DNA of 64,000 nt, from the NCBI RefSeq assembly GCF_006345805.1, contig NC_043019.1, positions 8,803,360-8,867,359 on the forward strand. The letters run 5' to 3'. The notes beneath the pieces are model-generated. The model did no database searches, was not told the DNA's origin, and was given only the letters and a program-made list of their open reading frames with translations. Positions within the stretch are counted from its first letter, which is position 1. Every line of letters begins with the position of its first letter. This stretch comes from Octopus sinensis (taxonomy: Eukaryota). Below, piece after piece: positions 52,897 through 64,000 of this stretch. The position numbers were made by a program, and so were the translations under genes.

Positions 52897-54215
52897 TTGG
52901 TATAAATTTAGTGTAGATTTTGTCTGGAGAATAAGGTGAGATGGTGGCAGTGGGGTGGGTAGTTACCATTATGAACATCTGCAGTCTGCAGATAAAATCA
53001 GAGTTTGTAAAAGAAGCGAAGGCAGGGATTGAACATGGATATTCGCCGAGGTATTTGACAGATAATTGGACGTTGTTTAAAAATCTCAAGAATCCCTAGT
53101 TTTCCTTTTTTTGCTGTTGCTGTTGATGTTGTTGTTGTTTTTATTTACAGTAGATGCTGATACATTCGCAGCTTCCACTGCTGCTGCTGCTGCCGAGGTC
53201 GATGTTGCTGTTGTTGTTGTGGTGATGATTGTTGTTGCAGTTGTTGCTTCTGTTGCAGCTGCTGCCGGTTTTGATAACGGCGTTTCGCCGTATCAGCAGC
53301 ACAGTTCGGGCGAATCTTTGATCAAAGGCATTTTTCAGCAGTTTTGTATGAGTGGAAGATAAAGTAAAACGAACAAAGATAGAACAAATCGAGAAAGGGA
53401 GAGAGTAACGTGTAAGGGACACATGGAGTGTATGGCTTGAAATAGACAGACCCAGAATGATAGAGATAAATAAAGGAGATAGGAGATAAGCAATCAGTGT
53501 GCATGCGTATTTTGAATGTTTAGATGAAGAAATCTTATGTGACCTTCAATTCTCAAGTCAGCTGAATGTAAATAGAAGATTTAGCTGCCAGTTCTAGTGG
53601 ACAAAACACTATCCACTTTGTTGGTGTTTGTTATAATTCAACCGTTTTTCTTTCCAGTTCAAAAACCTCCATCGAATGCCTTTCCCGTAGTCGTTGGCTT
53701 GTGACGTTTTATGAAGCAATATTAACACCATTAATCTCTCAGGTCTCGGTGGACATGCGAGGGCCATGCGCCCGACCACTTCCCCCAAATCAAACAATAA
53801 AAAAAAAGAGGACATACTAGGATGTATTAGACTGACGTCAGTGAGGATCGAACTGAAGGAACACGTGAACATTTTCAATCCACAATCCACCACTTGTTCT
53901 GTGATTAATGAGAGATATTGAATCTCAAACGAGCCTATTTCAGTAGGGTTCGAACTCGTAAATACGCACAAAGACGTAACTACATAACGCAAATCATTAC
54001 TGACCCATACTTTATCGATATTGCTTTCTTAGACAGCTTGGCCTGTGATTATTAAATATTAACTGTGAAACTTGAGTTGTTAATGAATCAACTCTTATTT
54101 AATTAGTCATTACAATTCCGTGTGTTTCTCTTTAGGAAACACATTATTATCATTATTTTGCCTTTGTGTTTTTCTTCAATTATTCATATTATATTATTAA
54201 GATTATTCGTAGTGA

Positions 54216-54261
54216 TATTATTATCATTATTATTATTATTATTATTATTATATTATTATTA

Positions 54262-54343
<82 letters not shown>
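54216..54343. repeat. (ATT)n tract
   Basis: Direct reading. Confidence 0.97.
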
Positions 54344-54344
<1 letters not shown>

Positions 54345-54666
54345 TGAAATATTAGATTATTTTATTGGGCAAAGCGAGATAATTGAATTTGTAAGTCGTT
54401 GTATAATTTAGAGAAATTGAGCGAATCCATCTGTCTGCATTGTATTGTAGGTATGTAAATATCGGTACACACATACTCATACAGTCACACATTCACACAC
54501 ACAACACGCACACACACACATACACACAAACACACACACAAACATACATATACATAAATATATATACACAGGTGTGTATGTTATATGCAAAGATATAAAA
54601 CGATATTTTATTGTACGTATACATACATATATATATATAGTTATATTTATATACATATATACACAT

Positions 54667-54721
<55 letters not shown>

Positions 54722-55911
54722 ATATATACACATGAATATATATTTATGTATGCACGTGTGTATAAATATGCATATATATATATCTCTTTGCATGTGTGTG
54801 CTTGTGTGTGTGTGTCTGTGTGTGTGTGTGTGCATCTCATAATTTATTTTTTCGCAGGTAGAAGGGCATATTGAAACTAAATAGATTGTTCATTACTCTG
54901 GCAGTTTAAGATACAGTTGAAAATTTTACGAAACAGATTTGATTTATACACATATGAACACGTGTTATATGCACTCACACAATCAAACGCACATACACAC
55001 ACACATACACACACATATATACATATATGCATGTGTGCGATTGTGTGTAGCTGTGTATATATATTACGCTTACATTGTATTCTGATGGATAACTCAGAAT
55101 AATAATGAGAATATTTCTTCTGTGCCATGTGATTTACCGGTGACTTTAAGAGAAGGGAAAGCATAAAGTTTCGATGGATTATATGATATAGAAAATGATG
55201 ACCATTTCTAGCTCCGCTTCCATTACGTAGTTTCTTTTTGCGGGATCATCTGATGACAAATAATAACAAGACATTCACTAGACTTACTAGAAATAGCAGC
55301 CAAACCAAGTTTAGATTTAAGTGGATTGTATTCAATAAGAAACGCTGCGCTGAAAAATCTTGTCCGTTGTTTATAAAACAAGAGACTCTTGCGAAAAAGC
55401 CATGTTTGCATACAGAGTCTACGACTTCAACCAGGCATCTAATTCTTCAGGTAGTTGACCGACATCTTAAATGCAGTTCGAGCTATTAGAAATTGTATCC
55501 CTCAAATGTAACACTTTCATAAAAGTATATATATAAAAGCATTGGTTAATACAGTTATTAAAAGAGCAAGGTGGATTTCTTTTCAATTTTAATATCAAAA
55601 CAAACACAGGTAGAAATGATATATCATGAATTATATTTCTACATCAAACAAGTGAATTATGGTAAAGTGAAGTTTCAAATCAGCTCAAACAAGTTTTTTA
55701 GGAGGATATTCGAAACGTTTTCTTTGAAACTTCTAAATAAATTCACGATGTACTCTATCACCTCCTGCACTCCATTTACCGAGTCAACAATTCTGCGTAT
55801 TCTTGCACAATGAAAGTTTCCTTCCATTTAGAGAGCTTCAACATCAACGACATCAGAAAATTACTATTTTTAAATCTCACAACGTGAGATATTCAGCAAC
55901 AGTACTTTGTA

Positions 55912-56153
55912 GTAAAGATCGTTTGCCAACATAACATGGCAGACCTGGATTAGGACGAATCCTGGTTTTTGACGAATCACGATACACAGTTATTGTTTTG
56001 AGCTGAGTGGGTGTGCTAGGTTCCCTTGTTCGAAAATATAAGGACATAGATCGTGTATCATAGCCAACTGTGGGTGATGTCTCATGGGGCTAAATTACAG
56101 CAACATTCGTCCTAAATCAGAACTGCCATGTTATGTTGTCAAACAATCTTTAC
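55912..56153. mobile_element. Unclassified MITE-like element with 49-bp inverted arms
   Basis: 55912-55960 matches the reverse complement of 56105-56153 at 43 of 49 positions. Confidence 0.75.
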
Positions 56154-56264
56154 ATCAACGACATCCTTTAACAATGATATGACGAACAACTCGTGTTTAT
56201 TAGAAAGCAATACACAACTCCTTTCTTGCGTCATTACGCACGCATACAGGGTACAGAACTTGAG

Positions 56265-56463
56265 CAGTGCTTCTCAATCAACGTCCATGTAGCCCCTAAG
56301 GAGGCCATGTAAGATTTTGTTATTGAAATTTACATATCTATAATACACAAAAATATTTTTTAATTGTTTTATACTATTCCTAATAACGTTTAAAGATACA
56401 GAATGGTCCACCTGAACAAAATAAAAACAGGTCGATAGGCAAAACAATGTTTGAGGAACTCTG
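56265..56463. mobile_element. hAT (Charlie/Buster-like) MITE
   Basis: Ends CAGTGCTTCTCAATC and GTTTGAGGAACTCTG (reverse complement CAGAGTTCCTCAAAC). The internal ..GGTCCACC..AAAA..GGTC.ATAGG.AAAA is shared with 59945-60005. No 8-bp TSD remains. Confidence 0.6.
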
Positions 56464-57650
56464 TGCCAAAAACTTGTTTCTGTTGTTACAACTACAACAA
56501 CTACTGATATTTCTGCTGTATCACATGGAGAAATACATTCGATAATGTAATCCTAGATACTCTATGTCAGGATGGTCATGTTAGAAATGCTTTCTCTCAT
56601 AGCTCAAACTCATAACAGTTAAAATAAATCCTTTAACTGCAACAACATCAAAACCAAACCAACAAAATGTTGCATTAATAAAGCTAGCCTTTGTTTAACT
56701 CGCAAAACATGCTTACAGAACCGATCGGTAAATTCTATGAACATATTCACAGGAAAATCTCGTTGCTCGTACAGTTAATATGATGAATGTAGAGAACGCT
56801 TTAGGATGAACAATCGGGGAATTCGTATCATTTAAGTGATGACCATCCACATTCATTAGTAGTAATTAACTTGGAGGTTTGTTTCTATTCAGAAATAGAA
56901 TGAATTCGTCTTAATTAATATTTCGCTTCTTGCAGCTGCTGGATATCGACTAGATATCTGTCTTTAAAACGTATACACATACACACATACACACACACAT
57001 AACACATGCACACACACACACACATACACATATATATATATATATATGCAAACACAAGAGACATACACGCACATGTTCCCATACATATTCATACACACGT
57101 ACATATACAGGCATGCATAAACACACACAGAGTACGTACATTTGCACTTGCAATTACATATACGTATACTGATATGTGTGTATTAATGTATGGAACGTAT
57201 TACATATATATACATACACTCATACGTACGTACATACACACACATACACAGAAAGTAGATGTAGTTCAACGGAGAGCGCAACAGGCTTCTCCTTCGAAGA
57301 ATCAAAGATTTTCCACCGAGTTAATAATCCTTCAGTTTGAAGAACGACTTTTGTTTTGTGACTGCAACAATAATCTCGATTGATGCTTTGTAAATGAATA
57401 TTGCACAGATGCAAGGTTATAACATATAATTTCTCACACACACACATACACACATGCACACATATACGTATATACGTACACACGTCCTCAGATATATATA
57501 TATATCGTTGTATGTATGTATGCATGTATATATATATATATAATATATATATTATATATATTATATATATATATACATATAATACTATATAATATATATA
57601 TATATATACGAGATTTATTATTGCTTATATACAGTATATACATACATATA

Positions 57651-57814
57651 GGCACAAGCGTGGTTGCGGGGGAAAGAAGCTTGCTTCCCAACCACATGGT
57701 TCCGGGTTCAGTCTCACTGCGTGGCACCTTGGGCTAGTGTCTTATATTATAGCCTTGGGGCAACCAAAATATTCTGAGTGGATTTGGTAACAGAAACTGA
57801 AAGAAGAAGCCGTC

Positions 57815-57815
<1 letters not shown>
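57651..57815 (+). mobile_element. SINE family A, 5' half
   Basis: CCAACCACATGGTTCCGGGTTCAGTCTCACTGCGTGGCACCTTGGGCTAGTGTC..GAAACTGAAAGAAGAAGCCGTCG, then (TA)n. Confidence 0.88.
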
Positions 57816-57877
<62 letters not shown>

Positions 57878-58667
57878 TGGAAAGAAGAGGGATATAATAT
57901 ATAATATATATAGAATATATAGAGAGTGATAGAGATAGATAGACAGACAGAGCGATAGACTGACAGATACATACATACATACATACATACATACATACAT
58001 ACATACATACATACATACATAGGTGTATACATTCATACTTATATACTAGCATACGGATATAATTTGTTTTCAGATGCAGCAATCCTTTGCAATATTAGTT
58101 CTGCATTTGTTTACGTACAATCCCTTATTACTCTCACCGTGAGAAATCCAATGATCCAGTGGTTGGTTTCCAGATAACCGATAGCCAAACTAAAAAGTGC
58201 CAATCTTTAGGAATATCGAATAAGCAAATTAAAAATGACATCTAACCGTTCCTTTCGGAGGGTATGTCTGTATACCAGTGTCTATTGGATTACGAATCCA
58301 TGTCTAACTAGCTGAATGGCCATGGATATATATATTTTGTTTGTGTGTTTGGGAAGGAGAGTTTAATTTCTTCGTGGAATTCATATGAAACCAATTCCGA
58401 ATCGCGTTCATATTTTCATTTATTTCTTGGTGTTTATTTTCTCGTTGATTGCGCCATGTTTTTGGGGTTTTCTTTTCTTGTTTCTTCTTTTCCTTTTTTT
58501 TGTTTTTGATTTTCGTCATTTTTTTCTATTTATTTATTTATTTATTTATTCCTCATTTACTTTTTTACATTCGTTTTAGACTTTCAGTTTCTCCATTGCT
58601 ACGTTAATTCCAATATTTACTCTCCTGGTCCATTGAAAATAGGGAAGCGTTACTATTATGATTACCA

Positions 58668-58702
58668 CTGCTGCTGCTGCAGCTGCTGGTATTCATAACG
58701 AC

Positions 58703-58752
<50 letters not shown>

Positions 58753-58972
58753 CGATGATGATGATGACAACGACGACGACGATGATGATGATGATGATCA
58801 CAACGACAAAGACGACGATGATCATGATGATAGTGATTATGACGATGATGATGGGGATTATGATCATGATGATGGTGACTTAACAACGACGATGCTACTG
58901 ACGGGATGCTGCAGCAACAATAACAGCAAAACTAACTACCACCGCCACCACCACCACTACTACTACTATCTT

Positions 58973-59008
<36 letters not shown>

Positions 59009-59066
59009 TTACTACTACTATTACTGCTCCTGCAGCTGCTGTTATTGTTGCGGCTACTGTTGCTGA

Positions 59067-59100
<34 letters not shown>

Positions 59101-59103
59101 ACT
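58668..59103. repeat. Compound trinucleotide tract (CTG)-(GAT/GAC)-(CTA)-(CTG)
   Basis: Direct reading; it is the source of the poly-Asp/poly-Leu ORF. Confidence 0.95.
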
Positions 59104-59507
59104 AATGTAAATGTATCGATGTGAATGCTCAGCAGATCTTCTATTCAATATCTTTCTTACCTCATGCATGTTCTCAATGGATTTTTCCCCGACGTCGTAA
59201 CAAAACGAACATGTCATCCGCCATCTTTTTACAAATTCCAGATTATTAACTAACGGGTCAAACCCACTTATGTCAAGTGTGTGACAGTGTGAAGCCCTCA
59301 ATAACGAAGTACTGAAGCTACATAATGCTTACCACCCCGCCAGTACATCTATACGTTTGTGTATGCCTTTGTATCTATGTATTTGCGCATGTGCAGATAT
59401 GCATGTTGATCCCCGGTCCCTTGTTTTTTCTGTTCTTTTTTCATTAAAATAATTTTTTTTCTGTGTTTGAATTGCGATGATGGAACACCATCTTCAGTGG
59501 TTTAATC

Positions 59508-60011
59508 CACTGGTTTTCAACCAGTGTCTATAGGAACCCTGGGGATCGATATAAGATTTAACAGGATACAAAATAGTAAATCGAGGCTCAAGTTTTATTC
59601 CATGGATTCCACGAAAAAATAATTTGATTTATATGTGTTTATTGCAAGAGGCAGCTACGTTCCTTTCCTTTCTGTTTATCATAGGTCAGCCTACACAAGT
59701 TAATGTGCGATGAACAAAATGGGAATTTTGAAAGAAATATCGATAAAACTAGATTTTAATAATCAAATGAGATGAACCCCATCTCCCAGGATATACACAA
59801 CGAGCACAAACTCGCTCCTACACATGCCAAAATTAAACAGAGAATACAACCTGGCAACCACACCAGACTCTGAGGGTGGAGTCTTCGACTTGGCCTGAGC
59901 ATGGACTCAAACTCAAATGAAATGAAATGAAATGAAAATGCGCATAGGGATCAACCAGGATAAAACAAGTACCAAAATGGTCCATATGTAAAAAATGGTT
60001 TAGAATTTTCC
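59508..60011. mobile_element. hAT-like MITE with a nested LINE 3' fragment (59770-59940)
   Basis: Left end CACTGGTTTTCAACC..GGAACCCTGGGG and right end GGTCCATATGTAAAAAATGGTTTAGAA. The nested piece ends in an (AAATG)4 tail. Confidence 0.5.
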
Positions 60012-60291
60012 CAATCAAATCCATACCATTCCGTATTTCTAAGGTGTAATTGCTAAGGTGTAATACTTTTGTGGTCTACTTTTCGTCGAATTGTCAGCTT
60101 CTAGGGAGGTAAACAGAGGAATATCGCCAAACAAGCGAAAACAAGCACGAACAGAGAGACGTACACTCCCATACATCCACAAACAAATGCAAAGATGTGT
60201 GTGCGTGTTTACATATGTATGTATCCATCAGTAGAGTTTCTCATACAATGTAGAGGAAACGAAAAATAGGCAGTAGTTTACATTACACATA

Positions 60292-60503
60292 CGCATGCGC
60301 TGAACATTTCCATCGAAATGAAAATGGCGATGAAAATACATACGACGTGGGAATAGCAAAGTGTTTTTTCTTAACTGAAAACCATCCAATCCACAACAGA
60401 ATTAAACTAGGCAAGTATTTGCAAAAACCGCATTTCATGACGTGATGAAACGACATACTTTCGTAAATAGCACTATTTCCAAAATGTGCTGAATCACTTC
60501 CGC
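60292..60503 (+). repeat. Diverged ~210-bp module, copy 1 (CGCATGCGC ... AAAATGTGCTGAATCACTTCCGC)
   Basis: Colinear with 61608-61817; about 60-65% identity by eye. Confidence 0.75.
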
Positions 60504-60715
60504 TATATTTTTTACTTATTTTTTTTACATTTTATTTATTTATTTTTCGTGCTATATTCTTTTCCAGATGAGATGGTGAAAGATTTGGTGAATTAACTGA
60601 AATCTTATTGAATATAAACGTACCCAGAATGGCAATAGTAGCACACGCACACATTTACACACACACACACATACACACAAATACTCTTAAACATACATGC
60701 CTCTCTATCTATCTG

Positions 60716-60767
<52 letters not shown>

Positions 60768-60797
60768 CTATCTATCTATCTATCTATCTATCTCTCA

Positions 60798-60840
<43 letters not shown>

Positions 60841-61607
60841 ATACATATACATATATATATTATATGTTGTTTGGTATAATATATATATATATATACATAT
60901 ATATATGTACGTATGTATGTATTTACTGCTTCATACATTCACCTATACAAGTGCATAGAATCGCGTATAAAAACGTGTAGTCGTCCTTCATTTACAGCCC
61001 CCGAAAAGTGACTAATATCTCGAATAAACAAAACCTAATCCAGCCAGAATTTCACATCTTTATATATAAAAGTGTGTATATGCGCACGAGGGTGTGTAGT
61101 ACAAACATACCAATATGTGCGTGTGACTGAGTGTTTGCATGCACATGCGTGTATGTGCATGTGTGTGTATAACTATACATATATATATATATATAATATA
61201 TATATATGAAAGCATATTTATCTATAAGAATATACGGAATTATATACATATATATATATACATACATACACACATACATACATACATATAAACTTGTATA
61301 TATCGATATATCTGTTTATCTCTCTATCTGTCGATCTCTGATTATCTATCTATCTATCTATCTAACTATCTCTCTCTCTCTCTTTCTATATATATACATA
61401 TATATATATATATAATGAGTACGTATATACATGTGTGTACTATATATCAAGTTGTGGTGTGTATATGAATATTGCAGTGTTAGTATCCAAGCAACTGATA
61501 TATCATTTTATATAAAGTTCCATATAAAATTAAAAGAAAAGTAAATGAGAGAGTAAAAAAAAAACAAAAAAAAACTGAACGACTTCCTACATTTTAATCA
61601 AACATGC

Positions 61608-61817
61608 GCATGCGCTCTACTGAAACATCGGAATGGAGTTGTCCACATAATGGCTTGCCAAAATGGAAATGGGTAATTTTCTTTGTTAAGTAAAATCCAC
61701 GATATCAACTGTAGAATTCCATCGGGCAACTATTTACTAAGCCGTGTTTTATCACCTGACGACGCTACATAGATTCAAATATGCCAATATTTGTAAAATG
61801 TGCTGATTCACTTCCGC
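61608..61817 (+). repeat. Diverged ~210-bp module, copy 2
   Basis: Same length and end motifs as 60292-60503. Confidence 0.75.
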
Positions 61818-62404
61818 CCACACATTTACTTCTCTGCTTGTTTTTGTAGCGTTTTTTTTATTTGATATTTTCAATTATTTTTTATTTTTTCTAGATTTCT
61901 CGCATAATCTCGTTATATTCAATGTCGCTAAGCTATTCACGTAAAAAAAAACAAAAAGAACACAGAAAAATTCAGTATGCGATTTTATTGGTTTCGGTAT
62001 GAGATTATTACTGCTACTGCTGCTGTGAGTGTTGTTGTTGGTGTTTTTGTTGGTGGTGTTCTTATTGTAGCTGTTGTGGTTGTTGTTGTTGCTGCTGCTA
62101 CATTTTGCAGAATATGGCGGAAGATGAGGACAAGTTGGATTTGTTGTGGGTGTGCGTGCATGTGCGGGCACGTGTGTGTGAAGAAAAGAGATGGACAGAG
62201 AGACAGAGAGAGGAAATAGAGAGAGTGAGAGAGAGGGAGGAGATTATGCGTTTCGTTCACTGACTGCATTTGCAGAAACGTGCAATAAATTCTTCAGGTT
62301 TGAACAACAAAAACAAGCATACATACATACGCAACCGAGCACAGAAACGCGACCCCCAGCCCCTCATCACACACGCACGCATATATGCACATATATAATA
62401 TATG

Positions 62405-62437
<33 letters not shown>

Positions 62438-62677
62438 AAAGATATATATATATATATAAATATATACACAGATATGTATATATACGTGAGATAGATAGTT
62501 GCTTATATACATAGAGATGAAGGTTTATACCCTTACTTACGCATATATATATATGTGTGTGTGTGTGCGTGTATATATATATATATTTATATATAACCCA
62601 AATGTAAGCAATTGGTTTATTTTGAATACGTGTGGACATTCATATTTAATTAATTTATATAGATATTGGTTTCAGAT

Positions 62678-62800
62678 TGGGGCACGAGGCCAGGAAGTTT
62701 AAGGGAGGAGGCTAGTCGATTACATCGACACCAATACTTGACTGGTACCCATCTGATCGACCTTCAATAGATAAAATGCAAATTCGACGTGGGCAGTATA
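62678..62800 (-). mobile_element. SINE family B 3' fragment (tail type 2)
   Basis: GGGCACGAGGCC..TAGTCGATTACATCGACACC..GACTGGTACC..ATCGACC. Confidence 0.7.
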
Positions 62801-62806
62801 TATATA

Positions 62807-63116
62807 GTATAATAGATCGTAGAGAATGGCATAACAATGTGAAGTAAATGCAAGGCAAATCACAAGAACACATTTATATGAATTTATGTAGACATACCTT
62901 GTAGTCAATATTTCGTATTAAGACCCCATCCTCAAGAAATTAACGAATATCTAATCAACAAACTCAGGCACACGCACATCTGCAACATTCGCAAATTTCT
63001 TGAAGATGGGGTTATAAACCCGAAATATTGAATGCAAGGTAAGTCTACATAAATCCATATATTTGTTTTCTTGATTTACTTCACATTGTTCTGGCCTTAC
63101 CCACGATCCTTCATAC
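62807..63116. mobile_element. ~310-bp foldback (near-palindromic) element
   Basis: The left arm matches the reverse complement of the right arm over about 130 bp (inner ~72 bp roughly 80-85% identical), with a ~37-nt loop. Confidence 0.85.
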
Positions 63117-63620
63117 AACATATTCTACGGAATGCTTCATAGTAACTATGCCATATGTATATATATATATATATGTTACAACATGTGGATTCAAGTAATC
63201 TGGCATTACTCCTAAAAATGATCCTTAATGTATCATTTTAGGAAACATAGAATGTATAGCAGGTTCCGAGAGAAAATGGAAAGGAGTGTTTAAAGTCATA
63301 ATTGATGGAGAAATACTTTGTTGACATTTTATTAACAATTAGTAAATTCTAATATTATGACAAATTGTTTCGTAACATAAATGCATGCAAATAGTTTATA
63401 TTAATATAATTAATAATAAATAAATTACTTACATGCCTGCATTAATGTAAAATGCGAATTTTTTTTCAAAATAATTTACGAAACAATTTGTCGCGATATC
63501 AAAAGTTATAATTCGGAAAGCTAAGTCTGGAACTTTCCAGCATCTTCTCGTACACCAGTATCACAGAAAACAACTGGCATATCTCATATTTTTCACACAT
63601 TTTCCTTATAAGAAAATCTG

Positions 63621-63843
63621 AGGCGACGAGCTGGCAGAATCGTTAGCACGCCGGACAAAATGCTTTGCGATATTTCTTCCTTCTTTAAGTTCTGAGTTCA
63701 AATGCCGCAGACGTCGACTTTGTAATTTATACTTTCCGAGTCGATGAAATAAATACCAATGGAGCACTGGGGTCGAGGACATCGACTTACCTCTCCGTAC
63801 TAGAACCGCTGGCCCTGTCCCAAAATTTTAAAGCATTATTATT
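63621..63843 (+). mobile_element. SINE family B (tail type 2), full-length
   Basis: AGGCGACGAGCTGGCAGAATCGTTAGCACGCCGG (A-box), GAGTTCAAATGCC (B-box), GTCGACTTTG..GAGTCGATGAAATAAATACC, and a tail ending CATTATTATT. Confidence 0.88.
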
Positions 63844-64000
63844 ACACAACCCATAAAGAAAATACGTTATTTAATGGCCTGCCATTTAAATACAAAAAGA
63901 AGCACAAAACGCGCAACTGGACCATAAACAGCATCCAACCATAGAACTCAACACATTTTATAAAGAATATATGCAATAGGAGAATCATTAACATAATACA

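Noticed and set aside
53111-53422. Gln/Asn/Ala-rich frames on both strands
   Set aside because: Derived from (CAG/CAA)n repeats. Several frames are equally open and splice signals are weak.
58658-59110. Poly-Asp/poly-Leu 150-aa ORF (acidic biomineral-like)
   Set aside because: Abutting (GAT)n and (CTA)n microsatellites, with no signal peptide or splice context.

Overview
Eukaryotic, AT-rich, extremely microsatellite-dense non-coding DNA. The repeat families look like an octopod (Octopus-like) genome; this is inferred from recalled SINE and Penelope-like families, not from a search. No intact protein-coding gene, rRNA, true tRNA or CRISPR array can be supported. Nearly all ORFs in the supplied track are frames through (TA)n, (CA)n, (GA)n, (GATA)n or trinucleotide tracts. 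The window contains about 25 recognisable copies or fragments of three tRNA-headed SINE families (here called A, B and C). It also holds decayed non-LTR retrotransposon fragments (CR1-like RT and APE, CRE-like and HERO-like restriction-endonuclease C-termini, RTE/Jockey-like pieces) and Penelope-like remnants carrying hammerhead-ribozyme-like motifs. There are several MITEs (pogo/Tigger-, piggyBac- and hAT-like, plus two foldback elements) and several short local duplications anchored in (TA)n tracts. The most interesting leads are: (1) minimal hammerhead-like folds sharing a non-canonical CUGU(C/U)GA core; (2) a Penelope-like remnant with two inverted hammerhead-like motifs; (3) a 388-bp locally templated cassette that splits a LINE ORF at a 6-bp microhomology; (4) a diverged 210-bp duplicate that best preserves NRF1-like and ETS-like motifs. 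None is proven novel. All coordinates were counted by hand and may be off by a few bases.
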